A stretch of 63,623 nucleotides of DNA, counting the filler, from Reticulomyxa filosa (Eukaryota > Protista > Foraminifera): NCBI GenBank assembly GCA_000512085.1. It is 20 parts of 20 records of this genome, joined end to end, with 100 filler letters (N's around TTAATTAATTAA, not from the genome) between each part and the next. Parts side by side here need not be neighbours in the genome. Positions count along the whole stretch, not along the records: positions 37,696 to 41,143 come from ASPP01024801.1; positions 41,244 to 42,865 come from ASPP01023301.1; positions 42,966 to 45,409 come from ASPP01002496.1; positions 45,510 to 47,304 come from ASPP01007868.1; positions 47,405 to 51,036 come from ASPP01033395.1; positions 51,137 to 52,729 come from ASPP01023313.1; positions 52,830 to 54,152 come from ASPP01023855.1; 13 more parts are not named here. One strand, given 5' to 3'. A program made the translations under genes and the position numbers. Shown one piece after another: positions 40,680-53,500 of the stretch (positions within the stretch are counted from its first letter, which is position 1; every line of letters begins with the position of its first letter). The notes below the pieces were generated by a model that saw only the letters and a program-made list of their open reading frames with translations, was not told the DNA's origin and ran no database searches.

Positions 40680-41143
40680 ATGTAAGTTTTTGTTTATAAT
40701 AAATATGATTTTGTTTGTTTATCTTTAAATAGGCATGCCCCCGCCAATGAAAAAATGTATTTTTCTGCCCCTCCCTCAATACACAAATTTTTTTAAAAAT
40801 ATATTGCATCACACCACAAGAAAAAATAGTATTAAATTGGAAATTGGAGCTGTTTTACTTTCAACAATGTATTATTTTTATTTGTTTTTTTCTTTAAAAA
40901 ATAAAAAAGTTATTTGTTGTTTGACAGACGTTCAAGACTCAAGAGAAAGTGAAAAAGATTGTTTTTTAAAAAAAATAGTAGTATTATAATAAATTTGGGA
41001 AAAAAATATTGTGAAAAAAATATTGTGAAAAAAATATTGGAAAAATAATGTGAAGAAGTGGGTAAAAAATTTGGGAAAAAGATTAGAAAAGAAATTTTAA
41101 AAAAATAAAATGAATGAAGAAAAAAAAATAAATGGAAAAAATA
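40680..41143 (+). repeat. Dispersed repeat copy, also present inverted at about 50600-51036
   Basis: Shared blocks TATGATTTTGTTT, ATAGGCATGCCCCC and TTGGAA(A)TTGGAGCT, next to a G/A-rich tract. Confidence 0.65.
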
Positions 41144-41399
41144 NNNNNNNNNNNNNNNNNNNNNNNNNNNNNNNNNNNNNNNNNNNNTTAATTAATTAAN
41201 NNNNNNNNNNNNNNNNNNNNNNNNNNNNNNNNNNNNNNNNNNNGAGCAATGGAAAAATGAAATTATGAAACAAAATGAAGAAGTTAACAATTCAAAACAC
41301 AAAAAAAAGTGCAACTTTTTTAAATAGATAAATAAATAAATAAAATTGGCACTTGTCCTTGATGAATTGACTATGTATATACGTGTGAATTTATGTATA

Positions 41400-42330
41400 G
41401 CTGGGCGCTGCGAAACTGCGAGAAGAGCACTTGAAAACAGCATGTGGAGCGTTACAGTCTGAAAAAGAGCAAGTGATGAAACAACAGGGACAACAACAAG
41501 CAGAGGTGCTGTCGTTGTCTGCAAAGGTGAAAGAGTTGGAAAACGAGGTGAATCAACTGCGTGAATGGAATGAAAAGAATCAAAAGCAAAGCCCTAATGA
41601 AGTTGACAGACAGACGCAAGAAAAAAAAGAAGACGAAGCTAGCGTCGTCACAAGTAGCGTAGATATTGACGAACTCCCAGACGTCCCTGTCGCGAATGAG
41701 GAGCCTGCGCGAATGGTTGTAAGTCCTCACGATGAACAAAAGTCAAATATCACCGTCTCCAATCGTAAAACTCATAAACATATTTCCCCACAAAGTTTCG
41801 TTTGTTTGTCAATGCTGTATATCCTTTGCCCAATCAAATCAATGAATGGATGGCCCATTCATTCATTGATTTGATTGGTTGATTAATTGATTGGGTGACA
41901 TTATATATAATAATAATAAAAAAAAAGTGTTTGAGTTAGTTTGCGCTCAATTGCAACCTACTGAAAATGCAAACATGTCGCCTTCCTTTGAAGAACTAAA
42001 AACACAGTATATGGAGGTGAACAAAGAGAAAATCCAGTTCGCTCGTTTGTATGAATCCGAAAAAAAAACAACTTTCGAAAACGAATGAAATGCAATGCAA
42101 CTTGCACAAAGAAAAGTTTGCGAAATGCAAGAAAGAGTACGATCAGCTAGTGCAGCAAAAGTACCAGGAACTACAGAACAGGTTTGATGATTTGGAAAAT
42201 ATACATGTTCAATTCAAATTGGACTACGCCAATTTGAGTGACAAGTACTCCACCTTGCAATATAAAATGCAAAAACTCCAAGACAATTTTACTGATTACC
42301 AAAACAAAAAGAAAAAAGGATTAAACTTAC
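41400..42330 (+). CDS. Exons of a coiled-coil protein (partial, possibly degenerate)
   Basis: Heptad-rich Q/E/K segments separated by AT-rich introns. Confidence 0.5.
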
Positions 42331-43129
42331 CAAACAGCCAATATTCATGTTCGTCTTTTTCTTCTTTTTTTTTTTTAATCACTGGCATTGTCTTGTGTCG
42401 TGTTTTAGTTGATTTTTTTTTGTTGTTTGTTTCTTTGCTTTTGCTTTCGTGTCTATCTTGCGTTTATCTACTCTCAAGTGTTGGTCTTCAGCTGCAAAAT
42501 CAAATCTGTTTAAATTTTGTTTATTTGTCTGTTTCGGAACAATTTTGAATGTCAATAATTTTGCCAACAAGAGCTTATTGTTTGTTTATTTATGCTTTAA
42601 TGAAATATCGTGCTGATATGGATATAAATGATATTCAAAGTGTGCCAAGTCTTTTTTTTTTGGTTTTTAATGTTGGTCTTTGATTTGGTTTCACTTTTTT
42701 TTTGCTTATTTTTGCGAACTGGAGCAAACACAACAATATTCTATTGTTTTTGTGAATGGGATTCGTTCCAGTGTAACATTTACTGATTCACCAGATGCAA
42801 ATTTCTCAGTTTTTGACGATTGGAAGTTGGGAAGATGTCTTTGACCATGAAAATGAACAAATGATNNNNNNNNNNNNNNNNNNNNNNNNNNNNNNNNNNN
42901 NNNNNNNNNTTAATTAATTAANNNNNNNNNNNNNNNNNNNNNNNNNNNNNNNNNNNNNNNNNNNNTTGGGGTCTTTGTTGGAACTTGGACACGTATAAAA
43001 AACGCACCTCCGAGCATGTTGGACATTTTGAATGTCTGGTATTTTTTTCCGCCATGTATATGGCGAGATAAGTCGGGCATCTTGGGCCCTCCCTTCTGGG
43101 TTTGTTTTAATTGGTCTTGCTTGCCAATG

Positions 43130-44100
43130 ATGAAGGGGATTTTTTTTTTAAAAGGCCACTGAATGCCCTAAAACCAAAGAAAAGGCCACAAAAGGCCCGG
43201 AAACTGAAGACAAGATCCAGAAACCAAAGAAAAGGCCCGAAAACTAAAGAACAGTCCCCTGAAGGAAAGAAAAGACCCGGAAACCAAAGACAAAAATGCT
43301 TCAACAAATTTTATGTTTGTTTTATTTTTGATTGCAATGTTTTGTTTAAATTTGTAAGTGGCAAGGAGTAGTCGAATACCTTCACACCCTGGTGCGAAAG
43401 CTTAAAAAAAAATTTACTAATAGATATGCTTTATCAGCATCTGATCTCATCACCGAATTTGTCTTGCATTCCCTTCATGCATGTTTACCATATGTTGATG
43501 CCTTTTTAATTACAATTTCCTTCCCGTCGATATTATGATCCAATAGTAATTTTGCTCAAATGCTTGAATATTGAAGTAATTACAGAACAATAACGGTTTC
43601 TTTTGATCAGGGTTCATATCAATGATTATCCTGGAATACCAATAGACTTCTGATCAAACCTTCTTGCATATTGGTATTCGCAATGTTGATTTCGTCTCTT
43701 GATCGATTTCTAATCCCCATTTGCATCAATATCAGGTTAAGTAATTGCTTAATCTCTGCCAATTCACGTCTTATTATTCTTCTTTCTATTTGTCCTTTTC
43801 TTGATTTTTGGGACTCAACCTTTAACTTTTAAAATTTACTTTTGATATTTTAAATTTAATTAAGACTTTAAATTGATATTTTTGCTTGATGTGTTGATTG
43901 TGATTGAGTTTTAACAATTTTGTAGATCTTTTCCTTTACTTTTGTTTTTATTTGAGTACTGTGTTCCTTTTGGGACGAGATGCTCTTTTAACTAGGATTA
44001 GATCTCAACTTTCAGCTAAAAAAAAAATAAACATTTTTTTTTACGATAAAAAAAATTTTACTAGTTGAAAAAAACTTTCTTTATTAGTTTGAAAAGTTTT
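43130..44100. repeat. Decayed dispersed repeat or mobile-element remnant shared with contig 51137-52729
   Basis: GGCCCGGAAAC/AAGAAAAGGCC motifs at about 43165-43290 and 51335-51365. A 16-bp reverse-complement identity links 43951-43966 and 52644-52659. Confidence 0.55.
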
Positions 44101-45509
44101 GTTTTCTTTGAATCTTGTCTTCCGCTACGAACTTTTATCATGACTACAATAAATTATGTTAAAATGAGTTTTTTTTTACAAATGAATAATTCTGCCAAAC
44201 GATTCTGAATACAAATATTGGCCATTATTAATGGTGATAATTCAATACTACCAATATATAAACATTGCTATTTGAATTGATAGTCCAATGCAAAGATTTG
44301 GATGCCAGTCAATGGCGAAAGATCGAACACTAAAGAGTCGATTTACCAAATTTGAAAAAATTCTTTTTTATGCCGAAGTATCTTTTCACAAAAATAATAT
44401 TGTAAGAATATGAAAATTGAGATATTATAGACAACAATGTCATTTCATAAAGTAGAAAATGAACACATACTCATGACTGTCTATTTTATAAATATGCCTT
44501 TATTCTTAAACACGAACGACTAATATGTTATCGTTGAGTAAAAGCATGAATGAAGTGAATGGATAAAAAAATAGTTAGTAGAATGTTTGTATTATTTCAA
44601 GATGAATACTTTTTGAAAATGCTTTTAAAAAAGTTGGTAAATTTCATAGTTATTATACATATACTATTGTCAACTTTTTTCAAAAATAAATAAAATATTC
44701 AAATTTTTCAAACAATTAATAAATATTCAATAAAACCAAAATCACATTAAAAACTACACAATTCGTAGAATTTTTAAAAAATTATGTCTATATGTTGTTT
44801 TTTCATGAAGAAAATTTATCATTTCTATAATATGCCTTTTTATATCACTTTTCTTTTCATTCTACGTAAAGTATTTTATCCTTAAAATAATATAACACAA
44901 ATAATGCATGATAATTTAAATATGTTTGTCATTCATACATTTTTTTTAATATATACCGTTATTGTTGTTGAAGTAATTGTTAGTATTTCTGTTGTTGTCG
45001 TTGAATTTGTTGTAATTGTTGTATTTATCGAAGTCTTGTTGTGACTGTAGTTATTATTGTTGTCGATTCGTTGCTGTTACTATATTTGTTGTTGATGTGA
45101 CAGTTGTTGTGTTGGTATTTGAGTTAGTGGTTGAATCTGTTGTTTGTTGAATTTGTTAGTTGTTCTTCCTCTTGTATAGTATCGCATAATATAAAGAAGT
45201 TGAAACATATTCTTCTTTTCTCCATTATATCTTTTGTGATCTTGGCAGTGTTCTTGCTCTTAGTAAGACTCACCCAATGATATTTCGACGACATATTCAG
45301 ATAATTTCAATAATGATAAAACTGATTTGCATTACTTACATTCTGTAGAATTCATTAATAAAAAAACAATGAAACATCATCGTACTTGTTTCTTGTAACA
45401 TTTCTTGTCNNNNNNNNNNNNNNNNNNNNNNNNNNNNNNNNNNNNNNNNNNNNTTAATTAATTAANNNNNNNNNNNNNNNNNNNNNNNNNNNNNNNNNNN
45501 NNNNNNNNN

Positions 45510-45733
45510 TTCTTCTGTATGCTTGCAAACCTTATCAGAACCACAATAAACACACTTGATTTCACCATTCCATCTAACCTTTTCAAGATGGCCTAAACAT
45601 TTCTTTTGTGTTGAAAACTTCTTGGTTATTTCTAAAATATTCATAGACTTTTTATTTATAATTTAGCAACTTGACGAGGCTATATTATAAAAGGGCTTAA
45701 AGTCATTGCTAAGCCTTAAAGTGTATAAATCCG
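45510..45733 (-). mobile_element. IS1595-family element, left end and N-terminal Zn-ribbon of the transposase (CDS start 45644)
   Basis: MNILEITKKFSTQKKCLGHLEKVRWNGEIKCVYCGS matches the IS1595 N-terminal 'C...L...RW.....C..CG' pattern. The candidate end CGGATTTATACAC at 45733 fits the CGGnnTT terminus I recall for the ISNha5 group. Confidence 0.85.
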
Positions 45734-45793
45734 ATATTTTTTTACAATTTAATCTTTAATTAATGATTAAAATACTGGTTTATAAACAGTTAA

Positions 45794-47175
45794 ATGCTTA
45801 AAAGATTAAGCGTATTAGTTTTATCTCTCCTGATGATAGTGAACGCTAGGTTGGCTAATGCCGATATGTATGGCACTTGTATCATGGATTATGATTTCGG
45901 CAGCACGGCGATAGATAGTTTTATATTAACTCCGATAAACATAGATTGTCGTAAAAGATGCCAGCGGGAATGTTCTTCATTTTCAAGGTCGATAGGCGGA
46001 ACAAATAATACTGGTTTTAAAACGATACAGGCCAAACCACTGATTATACGGCAAATGTAAATGGTACTGATTATTCAGCTACTATAGGGGAAGGAGATAG
46101 CAATGCTAATAGCGGTACGCAATACTCTGTTAGTGTTGGAGGTACAAGCGATAATGGTGGCTTAGAGTTGAATCAAACGATAATTACCGAGTGCTTAACT
46201 GCATGTCAGGGTGGTAAAAAGTTTATCAGTCAATATTACGAAGTAGTTCCTCACGATCCTCCACTTGCTAAGCCTGATGTTCAACTCAAGCCTGCAGTAT
46301 CAATCAATCTTTTCTGCGGAGATCCTGATTGGGTAAGAGATGATACATATAAAACTAAATTTACAGTATCTAATGGTGATACGGTAATCATTACCATAAC
46401 CGGTAATGGATCGCAAAATAAGCTGTACATGTGTGGTAAAAAAGATGTAGTACTGAATCCAATCTATGATTTTTTCTCAGCTCCAGATTGGGATAAGACT
46501 AGTCCTCCACAGACCAAATGAACTAATAAAAATCAACATGTATGCTTAGTTAGTATAAAAACTGAAGATTATAATCAGCTATCTAATAAAGATCTTTGGG
46601 ATCCAAATGTTGTTTTGCCTTTTGATGAATCAGATCCAAATCTTTCCGCAGAACAATTAGCGTTGATACAAACATATAAATCACCTACTGATCCATGTAA
46701 ATTTAGTGCTAGAAACTATAACTATACTGGAACTGGTGTCTGGGTAAAAAATGGAGATGAACTTTCCTTATCTTGGTCGGGTGATTACTCAATTTTTGCT
46801 GCTGGGACTCCCGATATTCGTACTGGGCAAACTAGGAATACCATGGCTAAATGTATGCGTAATCCTGACATCAGCCCAGACGATCAAGATAAATGTCAGT
46901 GGGAATGGAAAAACTCTTCTCAGCTAATGATCAGAAATCCTACTGGTACTTTAGCTTTAGATAGTGCAACGCCTATAATAATAAATGGTGAAGATGCTCG
47001 AAATGGAGTAGAGGTAGGGGTATACGATCAAAATCCTCCTGATTCGCCATTTGTGTTTAAGGGTATGACTGGAAATGTCATGGATATAGGGATTAAAACT
47101 CATATAGATGAAGATATATCTGGTTGTACAAAAAATAGTGTAGACGTAGCAAAATGTGTTCAAATTGATGATATT
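45794..47175 (+). pseudogene. Rickettsiales-type VirB6 (rvhB6)-like type IV secretion protein, N-terminal region; disrupted
   Basis: Signal peptide, then CIMDYDFG and repeated 'T...V.NGD.l.i...G' motifs that I associate with long Rickettsiales VirB6 N-termini. There is a frameshift at TTTTAAAA near 46020, an in-frame TGA at 46519, and truncation by an IS end near 47176. The diagnostic TrbL/VirB6 core is absent from the contig. Confidence 0.55.
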
Positions 47176-47304
47176 AGACTTCTTTCGAAACTAAAAGAAA
47201 TAGATTAAAAAGTATTTAGTAACTAATATAGGAAGTTATGAAATACGAAGCTATCAAAGGGTTAAATTCAGACCAATTTCGCCGTTTAACCGGTGTAAAG
47301 AAAG
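47176..47304 (+). mobile_element. IS5-family (ISL2/IS702-like) element, left end and transposase start (ATG 47238)
   Basis: Terminal AGACTTCTTTCGAAACT in a TTA-like target context. MKYEAIKGLNSDQFRRLTGVKK matches the 'FRRLTGV' N-terminal HTH of this group. Confidence 0.85.
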
Positions 47305-47404
47305 NNNNNNNNNNNNNNNNNNNNNNNNNNNNNNNNNNNNNNNNNNNNTTAATTAATTAANNNNNNNNNNNNNNNNNNNNNNNNNNNNNNNNNNNNNNNN
47401 NNNN

Positions 47405-50400
47405 CAAATGTGCACAACATTAGCTCTTCTGTGCACACCAAAGCAAATCGTGGAATATGGCATTAGCACCCAAATATTGACGCAAACAACATCAATCAAA
47501 TGTATTGAACAATTGACAAATGAGTAAACGAGGACATGGACTGCGTTTTGTCGTTGTCATCACAGGCATCACTGGCGCCGCACTTGACATTGCCACAGCT
47601 GTCAAGAAGTTTCCATTGTGGGCGCATTATGTGAAATTAATTCGTGCAAAAGAATGTGCAAAGCCTCTCGGGTTGAAGATCCATTGAATAACGAAAGCAA
47701 AATTGGAGCTTGCTTTCGTAATCGGACAGTGCCAAGATCCAAATCGTCGACGATTGAACTGGTATAATCTTTTTCAATTGTTCCAATGCAGTCATACAAT
47801 GGATATTTTCTAAAATGCCAAATTCATTCGCTATCTCCACCCTTGTAATGAGATATACACTTTGACATTGGATGATTATCGTTATTGGAAATTCTCGCAT
47901 CCATCAACATACGTCCATTCAACAATTTGTGTGTTGACGATCAGATGAATGATGGTATCAATTGTATTTCCTTTTTTTGACGTATTCGACATTATTTTTC
48001 TTGCTTGCTTTCTTGAGTGCCATTCAACACGTTGCCCGTAGTAAATAGTCAATCCCTGAGACAATTCAGCAAAGATTATATGCGCTCTTTCGATAAATGC
48101 AAGGCACACAACTCTTGCATTGATAGAGTCAAAAAAATGCAATAATATCTATCTGTTCACTAATTATCAATGTTGACTGCGAGCTTAAGATTCGTCCTAT
48201 CAGCACGAACGCGATCCAAAATCCAAATTTGCGCATATGCGCACACGATCAGTTTTGACACGATTGCCCAATATCTGCGTTTCGATTATTGTGCACTGTT
48301 TATAAAATTAGCGCCAATCGAGTTTCCCTTGCTCATTGGGGCCAGTAGATTACAGTTGGCACAATCTTTGCGGATAATTGTTGGCATGGCAAAGCGCCAG
48401 AGACTTGTACCAATCTACATTGACGACAAACAAGTTCTTTGCAATAATTCAGGTTACCACTGCGAGATATTGACATATTCATTCAACATTTTTCATTGGG
48501 GCGCACTATGTGAAGTTAGTATACGTCCGCGAGTGGCGACTTGGCGTATTTCCAAACATGAAAAGCGATTCCATAACCAAAGTCAATAAAGCCGGCCTAT
48601 TGGTTTTTTTTTTTCCTTTTAAACAAATCATACTCCTCTTTCTCTTCTTGTTTGCCAATGTCCTGTGAGTTTCGAACAACCAAATTGAACCACTCTTACA
48701 CAATAATGTCCAAATCGTTTTTACTTTGCGCGATATTGCAGTCTTCTTTTTTTCTTCTTGGCGAACTTGCTTTCATATTTGGCGGCACCAAGATCGAAAT
48801 ATTGTCTGCAATTGATCTGAAGAATCTTGACAACTGTTTCAACTACATATGGCAATGTTTTCTAACTGCAAGTTCATCTGCTCTCGTCGCCGTTGTGATG
48901 AGAAACATACTTTGGCCTGACCGAATGGACTTGAACATTTGCATATTCTATTTCCCATTATTAGTCGTATTCGTTTACTTGCTTTCTTGATTGGCACCCA
49001 ACACGTCTTCAGTAGTTCCCGGATACAGTTCGGCAAAGATAATATGCTCTTGCTCGACAAACGCAAGGCACACCACTCTTGCGGCGATGGAGTCGGAAGA
49101 TGCGACCAGCTCTGTCTCTTTCTTTACCTATCAATAATATCCAATGTTTCGCGAGCTAACTATTCAAAATACAAGTTGTGCATGTGCGCACGCACACGAC
49201 CAGTTTTGGTATAAGTGCTCAATCTTTGTATCCACAAAATTAGCTCAATTTTCATAACGACCGATTGTTCCTTGTTCGTTGGCACATATCAATTGCATTT
49301 CGACACCCTCTTTGGTGATATGCCGCGCCAACAATTATCCGCAAAGACTTTTATGCGCCTATGTTGAGTGTGACGTTCTTTACGATACCTCGGGCTGCCA
49401 ATGCTTGAAGTTGTCTCACTCGTTTAGAATTTTTCATTGGCGCGATACTGGAAGTTGGTCTAGACTTGCGAATGGCGACTTTGCACGTTTCTGGACATGA
49501 AAAACGATTCTATAACAGACTCAACAAAGCCAGCCGACTTGTTTTTTTTTTAACTAATCGAACACGATATTGGCTCGGAATTCTTTTTTCTCTTCACCCT
49601 CTTCTTGCTTCCTGATATCTTGACACGAGTTTCGCACAACTCCCACCGAATTGGGCCACTTTCACGGGAACAATTCTCCCGATGCAGTTGTTTGCTCGAT
49701 TGTCATAAATGGATATTTACTGACATCATCCACACTATTTTCTTCATCGCCTTCCACTCCTTCGTCAATTCAGTCACCCCTTGCGATGAAGGACACACTT
49801 TGGCGCATTGCGATATGCCAACGTTTCCAATGACGAGCTTTTATCCAAGGCCATTCAAATGTTTGATTTGATCCATGATTGTACAATTTTTCTTTTTTCA
49901 CATTGGGCGCTCATTCTTCATTTCTTGCGTGCAATTGTCCAGCGCGATTTTTGAATAAGTCAGGTCCCTACTGCTTCATATTCAAACTGACGATTCGGAT
50001 CCAACTTAAACGAATACAAATTGGAGTCAGAAAAAGCAGACAGCTATCTATATTCACCGATTGCCAGGGTCTCAGCATTCAAAATCTAAAGTTACTAATG
50101 TGCTCACGCACACCACGAGTTTTAATTATTATTTTGTGTTCACCAAGTTGCGCTATTTCAATAACGACTAGTTTCCATTGTTTGTTGGCTATAGATCGAA
50201 ATTTGACGTCGTCTTTGTTTGCCACTGTTTTTTTTAAAACAAATCCAACGCGATGATATCGGAACATTCATTATCTTCATATTATTCTTTTTTTCTTATT
50301 GCTTGCAGGTTTTTTGATTAGTTTTGCACAATACTATTCACCAATGATAATGTCTCTATCGCTTCATCCTATCGGCAGACTAACAACTAAATCCAAAGTG

Positions 50401-50430
50401 CGAAAACGCACACGTACACAATTAGTTCGA
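47405..50430 (-). pseudogene. Heavily decayed eukaryotic gene with about 940-bp tandemly duplicated units
   Basis: Repeated blocks GCACACGA.CAGTTTTG (48241, 49192, degenerate near 50107) and CATGAAAA.CGATT...AAAGCC (48558, 49496). Coding-like composition with many stops. Confidence 0.5.
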
Positions 50431-52874
50431 TGAGCGCTCCTCAATTTTCAACGTTTTTTCTTTTATATTTTTGTAATCTTTTTTTCTTTTTTCTTTATCT
50501 TTTTAATCTTTTTTATTTTTTTCACATTGTCTTCTTTTTTTTATTTATTTTTCTTTTTCATTTTTCAACTAATTTCTTTTTTATTTCTCATTTTTCTTTT
50601 TTTATTTTTTCAATTTTTTAAATAAATTTTTCACATCTTTTTATACTTTCTTTTTCCACATTTTCCCATTCATTTTCTCATTTATTTTCCCACTTTTCCC
50701 ATTCATTTTCTCCCCTTTTCCAATTATTTTCTTTCCATTAAATTTTTTCCCTTCAATTTTCTTTTCCCCACAAATTTTCCCTTCTCAAATAAAATGAAAA
50801 ATAAAAAATAAAAAAAATAAAAACTTTCCAATATTTTTTTGATCATTGAACCCTATAGATAAATCACAAATCGAGATACTTTTTTATTTTTAACAAAAAC
50901 AAAATCATACTTTTGTCGTGGAGCTAAAAGCTCCAATTCCAATCACCTATTTTTTTTTCTTTTGTAACGGGGAGGTGGTAAATAAAATATGTTGATGGGG
51001 GCATGCCTATTGACAACACACAAACATTTGATAAAANNNNNNNNNNNNNNNNNNNNNNNNNNNNNNNNNNNNNNNNNNNNTTAATTAATTAANNNNNNNN
51101 NNNNNNNNNNNNNNNNNNNNNNNNNNNNNNNNNNNNCGCGAGATCAGATATACAAGATAACAACACACAAAATGAACAGTTGATTAACAAGAAAGAATTG
51201 CGAACAAAATTGAGACACTTTTCTATTAACAAATTGAGATTGAAAAAAAAATATTGTATATCCCGCTAGCCGAGCAAAAAGGAGAGCTCATTAAGATGCG
51301 CGGAAAGCACGTGCCAGCAACGTGCGAGGAGCAGCAGGCCCGGAAACCAAGAAAAGGCCTACCGAGGCCGAGAAACAACTGGAAGATCTGAAGAAACGGT
51401 CAAAGGAAAAATACTCCCAAAGGGATCCTTGGATTCCCTCCGAACTCCGTAGATGTGAGACAAAAGCCATTAACCGAGTGATGATCACCAAGGCTTGAAG
51501 AATAAATTGAAATCTTTTTACAATGAGATAGATGACACAACTTTGATCAAATAATTTTAAATTAAAACTATAGCTACAAAGTTGAAGCTGGAATGTTGTT
51601 TATTGGTTACTTTTATAACATATTGTATTGTATTCAAGTGTGAGTGCTTGCTTTACAATATTTCTTTCTGAAGGAAATACGCAATTCAAGGTATTGAATG
51701 CATTATTCCAGCGTTGTGAACAATGAGAAAAATTCAGTGGCAAGATCAGGGCTGGTAAAAACATTGATGAAAAGCATTATGAAATTGTCGAAAATGACAT
51801 TAGATATAAAGTTGCAATATCTAAACCATTGGAATCATTGGTTTGAGTGATACTCAACAGAGTAACATTACAAAGAAGAAGTTATTGATACATTTATCTC
51901 CATACAAAGTTCAAGGATAGTTTCCGAATGTGATATATGCATATTGCAAACATTGTGCATATTCACAAGCCCGAAAGAGATCACCGTCAGTGCACGATTG
52001 CATTGCTATCAAGTGTTGGTAAATTGATGGATCACAAGGAGATTAATGTGGTTGAATGACAAACAGGTCATTCGTGCTGTGTTATTGGATATCTCTGCAG
52101 CATATGATAGTGTTTGAAAAAATGGTCTGAGATATAAAATGAGAAATGAATTTAAATTAGATTCTCTGATGACGTGGCACTTTGTACATCGATATTGATG
52201 AAATGAATCAATTGCAATCATTGCAGCAAAGTCTGAATGAAGTATCTATTTGGTCGAATACGCAATGCATTACCTTTCAGGCATCCAAAAAAAAAAATTA
52301 ATATTTACCACTTCATCATTAATATTAACTTTTCTTAAAAAGTTGTATTTTAAACATCTCTTAAGTTTTGAATGATATTTTGAAAATAAATTAAAGTATT
52401 TAGAAAGTTCCGGACCAAGAAAGAAAGAAAGAAAATTCTAACTAGAAAATTTTTAACTAGTAAAAAATTTTTTTTTATAGTGATATAAAGTTTTTTTATA
52501 TTAGTTGGTTTGTAAACCATTTTGTTACCATAAGGTGTTTTAACCCTAATCGGCTCTACTGCAATCCATGCTGGGACAAATACCCCACATTGAATTGGAT
52601 TTTTTTTTTTTCAAGTTAGGATAGCACCTCGTTCTAAGAAATAGAACACAGTACTCAAAAGAAAACACAAAAACACTAGAAAGACACACAAATCTTACAA
52701 CAACCAAAGGTCTATGCAAAAATAGTTAANNNNNNNNNNNNNNNNNNNNNNNNNNNNNNNNNNNNNNNNNNNNTTAATTAATTAANNNNNNNNNNNNNNN
52801 NNNNNNNNNNNNNNNNNNNNNNNNNNNNNGTAACGTATATTGCTATTATCCACAACATAAAAAAAAAAAAAAAC

Positions 52875-53239
52875 AGGTTGCAGCAAAAACAGAACTTGCA
52901 GTGCTGCAGAAAATCTGTTCGAATGATCCTCATGAAGAAAGTTATTGTGTACATTTGCCGGAAAATATGCTTTATAAGGAACATCCATTGTTAATATTTT
53001 CCCACTGTTCGGACGCTCATTGTATGGATTTCTTGTGAACAATGGCTACAAAAGGGGTTCACAATGCGCGATGTGAAAATGTTTGGCACGGTAAATAAAT
53101 CAAAGGCGTAGCGTACGTGCACAGGCTAGATGTAATAATAACGGACCTGAAAACCAGAGAATATTGTGTTGGAAAGTGGTGAAACAATTTCGCACACGTC
53201 GAGCAACGGACAGCTGTATTACACGCCAAAGGATTGTAG

Positions 53240-53270
<31 letters not shown>

Positions 53271-53500
53271 TGAAAAAGACGAGATCGATAATGAGATACT
53301 ACACTTCTGATGGACGGTTAAAACTTGCCTCTGCTCGTGTGAGTCCTGTGCTGTATAAGCTATTGCGAGAATACTTTGCTAAATTTACCAATGATTCTTA
53401 AGCCAAGAATTTGGTCCAATATATGTCACTAATGCAAGGATTGTAGTGGAACAAGCGTTGGTTCATCCTTACCTTGACAATCACTGCGCTTCCACATCAT
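52875..53500 (+). pseudogene. CLK/LAMMER-type protein kinase pseudogene
   Basis: AAKTELAVLQKICSNDPHEESYCVHL...YKEHPLLIFPLFGRSLYGFLVNNGY, then GVAYVHRLDVIITDLK/PENIVL across frameshifts, and finally EQALVHPYL. Confidence 0.8.

Noticed and set aside
46519-46521. TGA=Trp recoding (genetic code 4) in the AT-rich bacterial contig
   Set aside because: There is only one in-frame TGA against several TGG codons, and the same gene has a frameshift and an IS truncation. A nonsense mutation is simpler.
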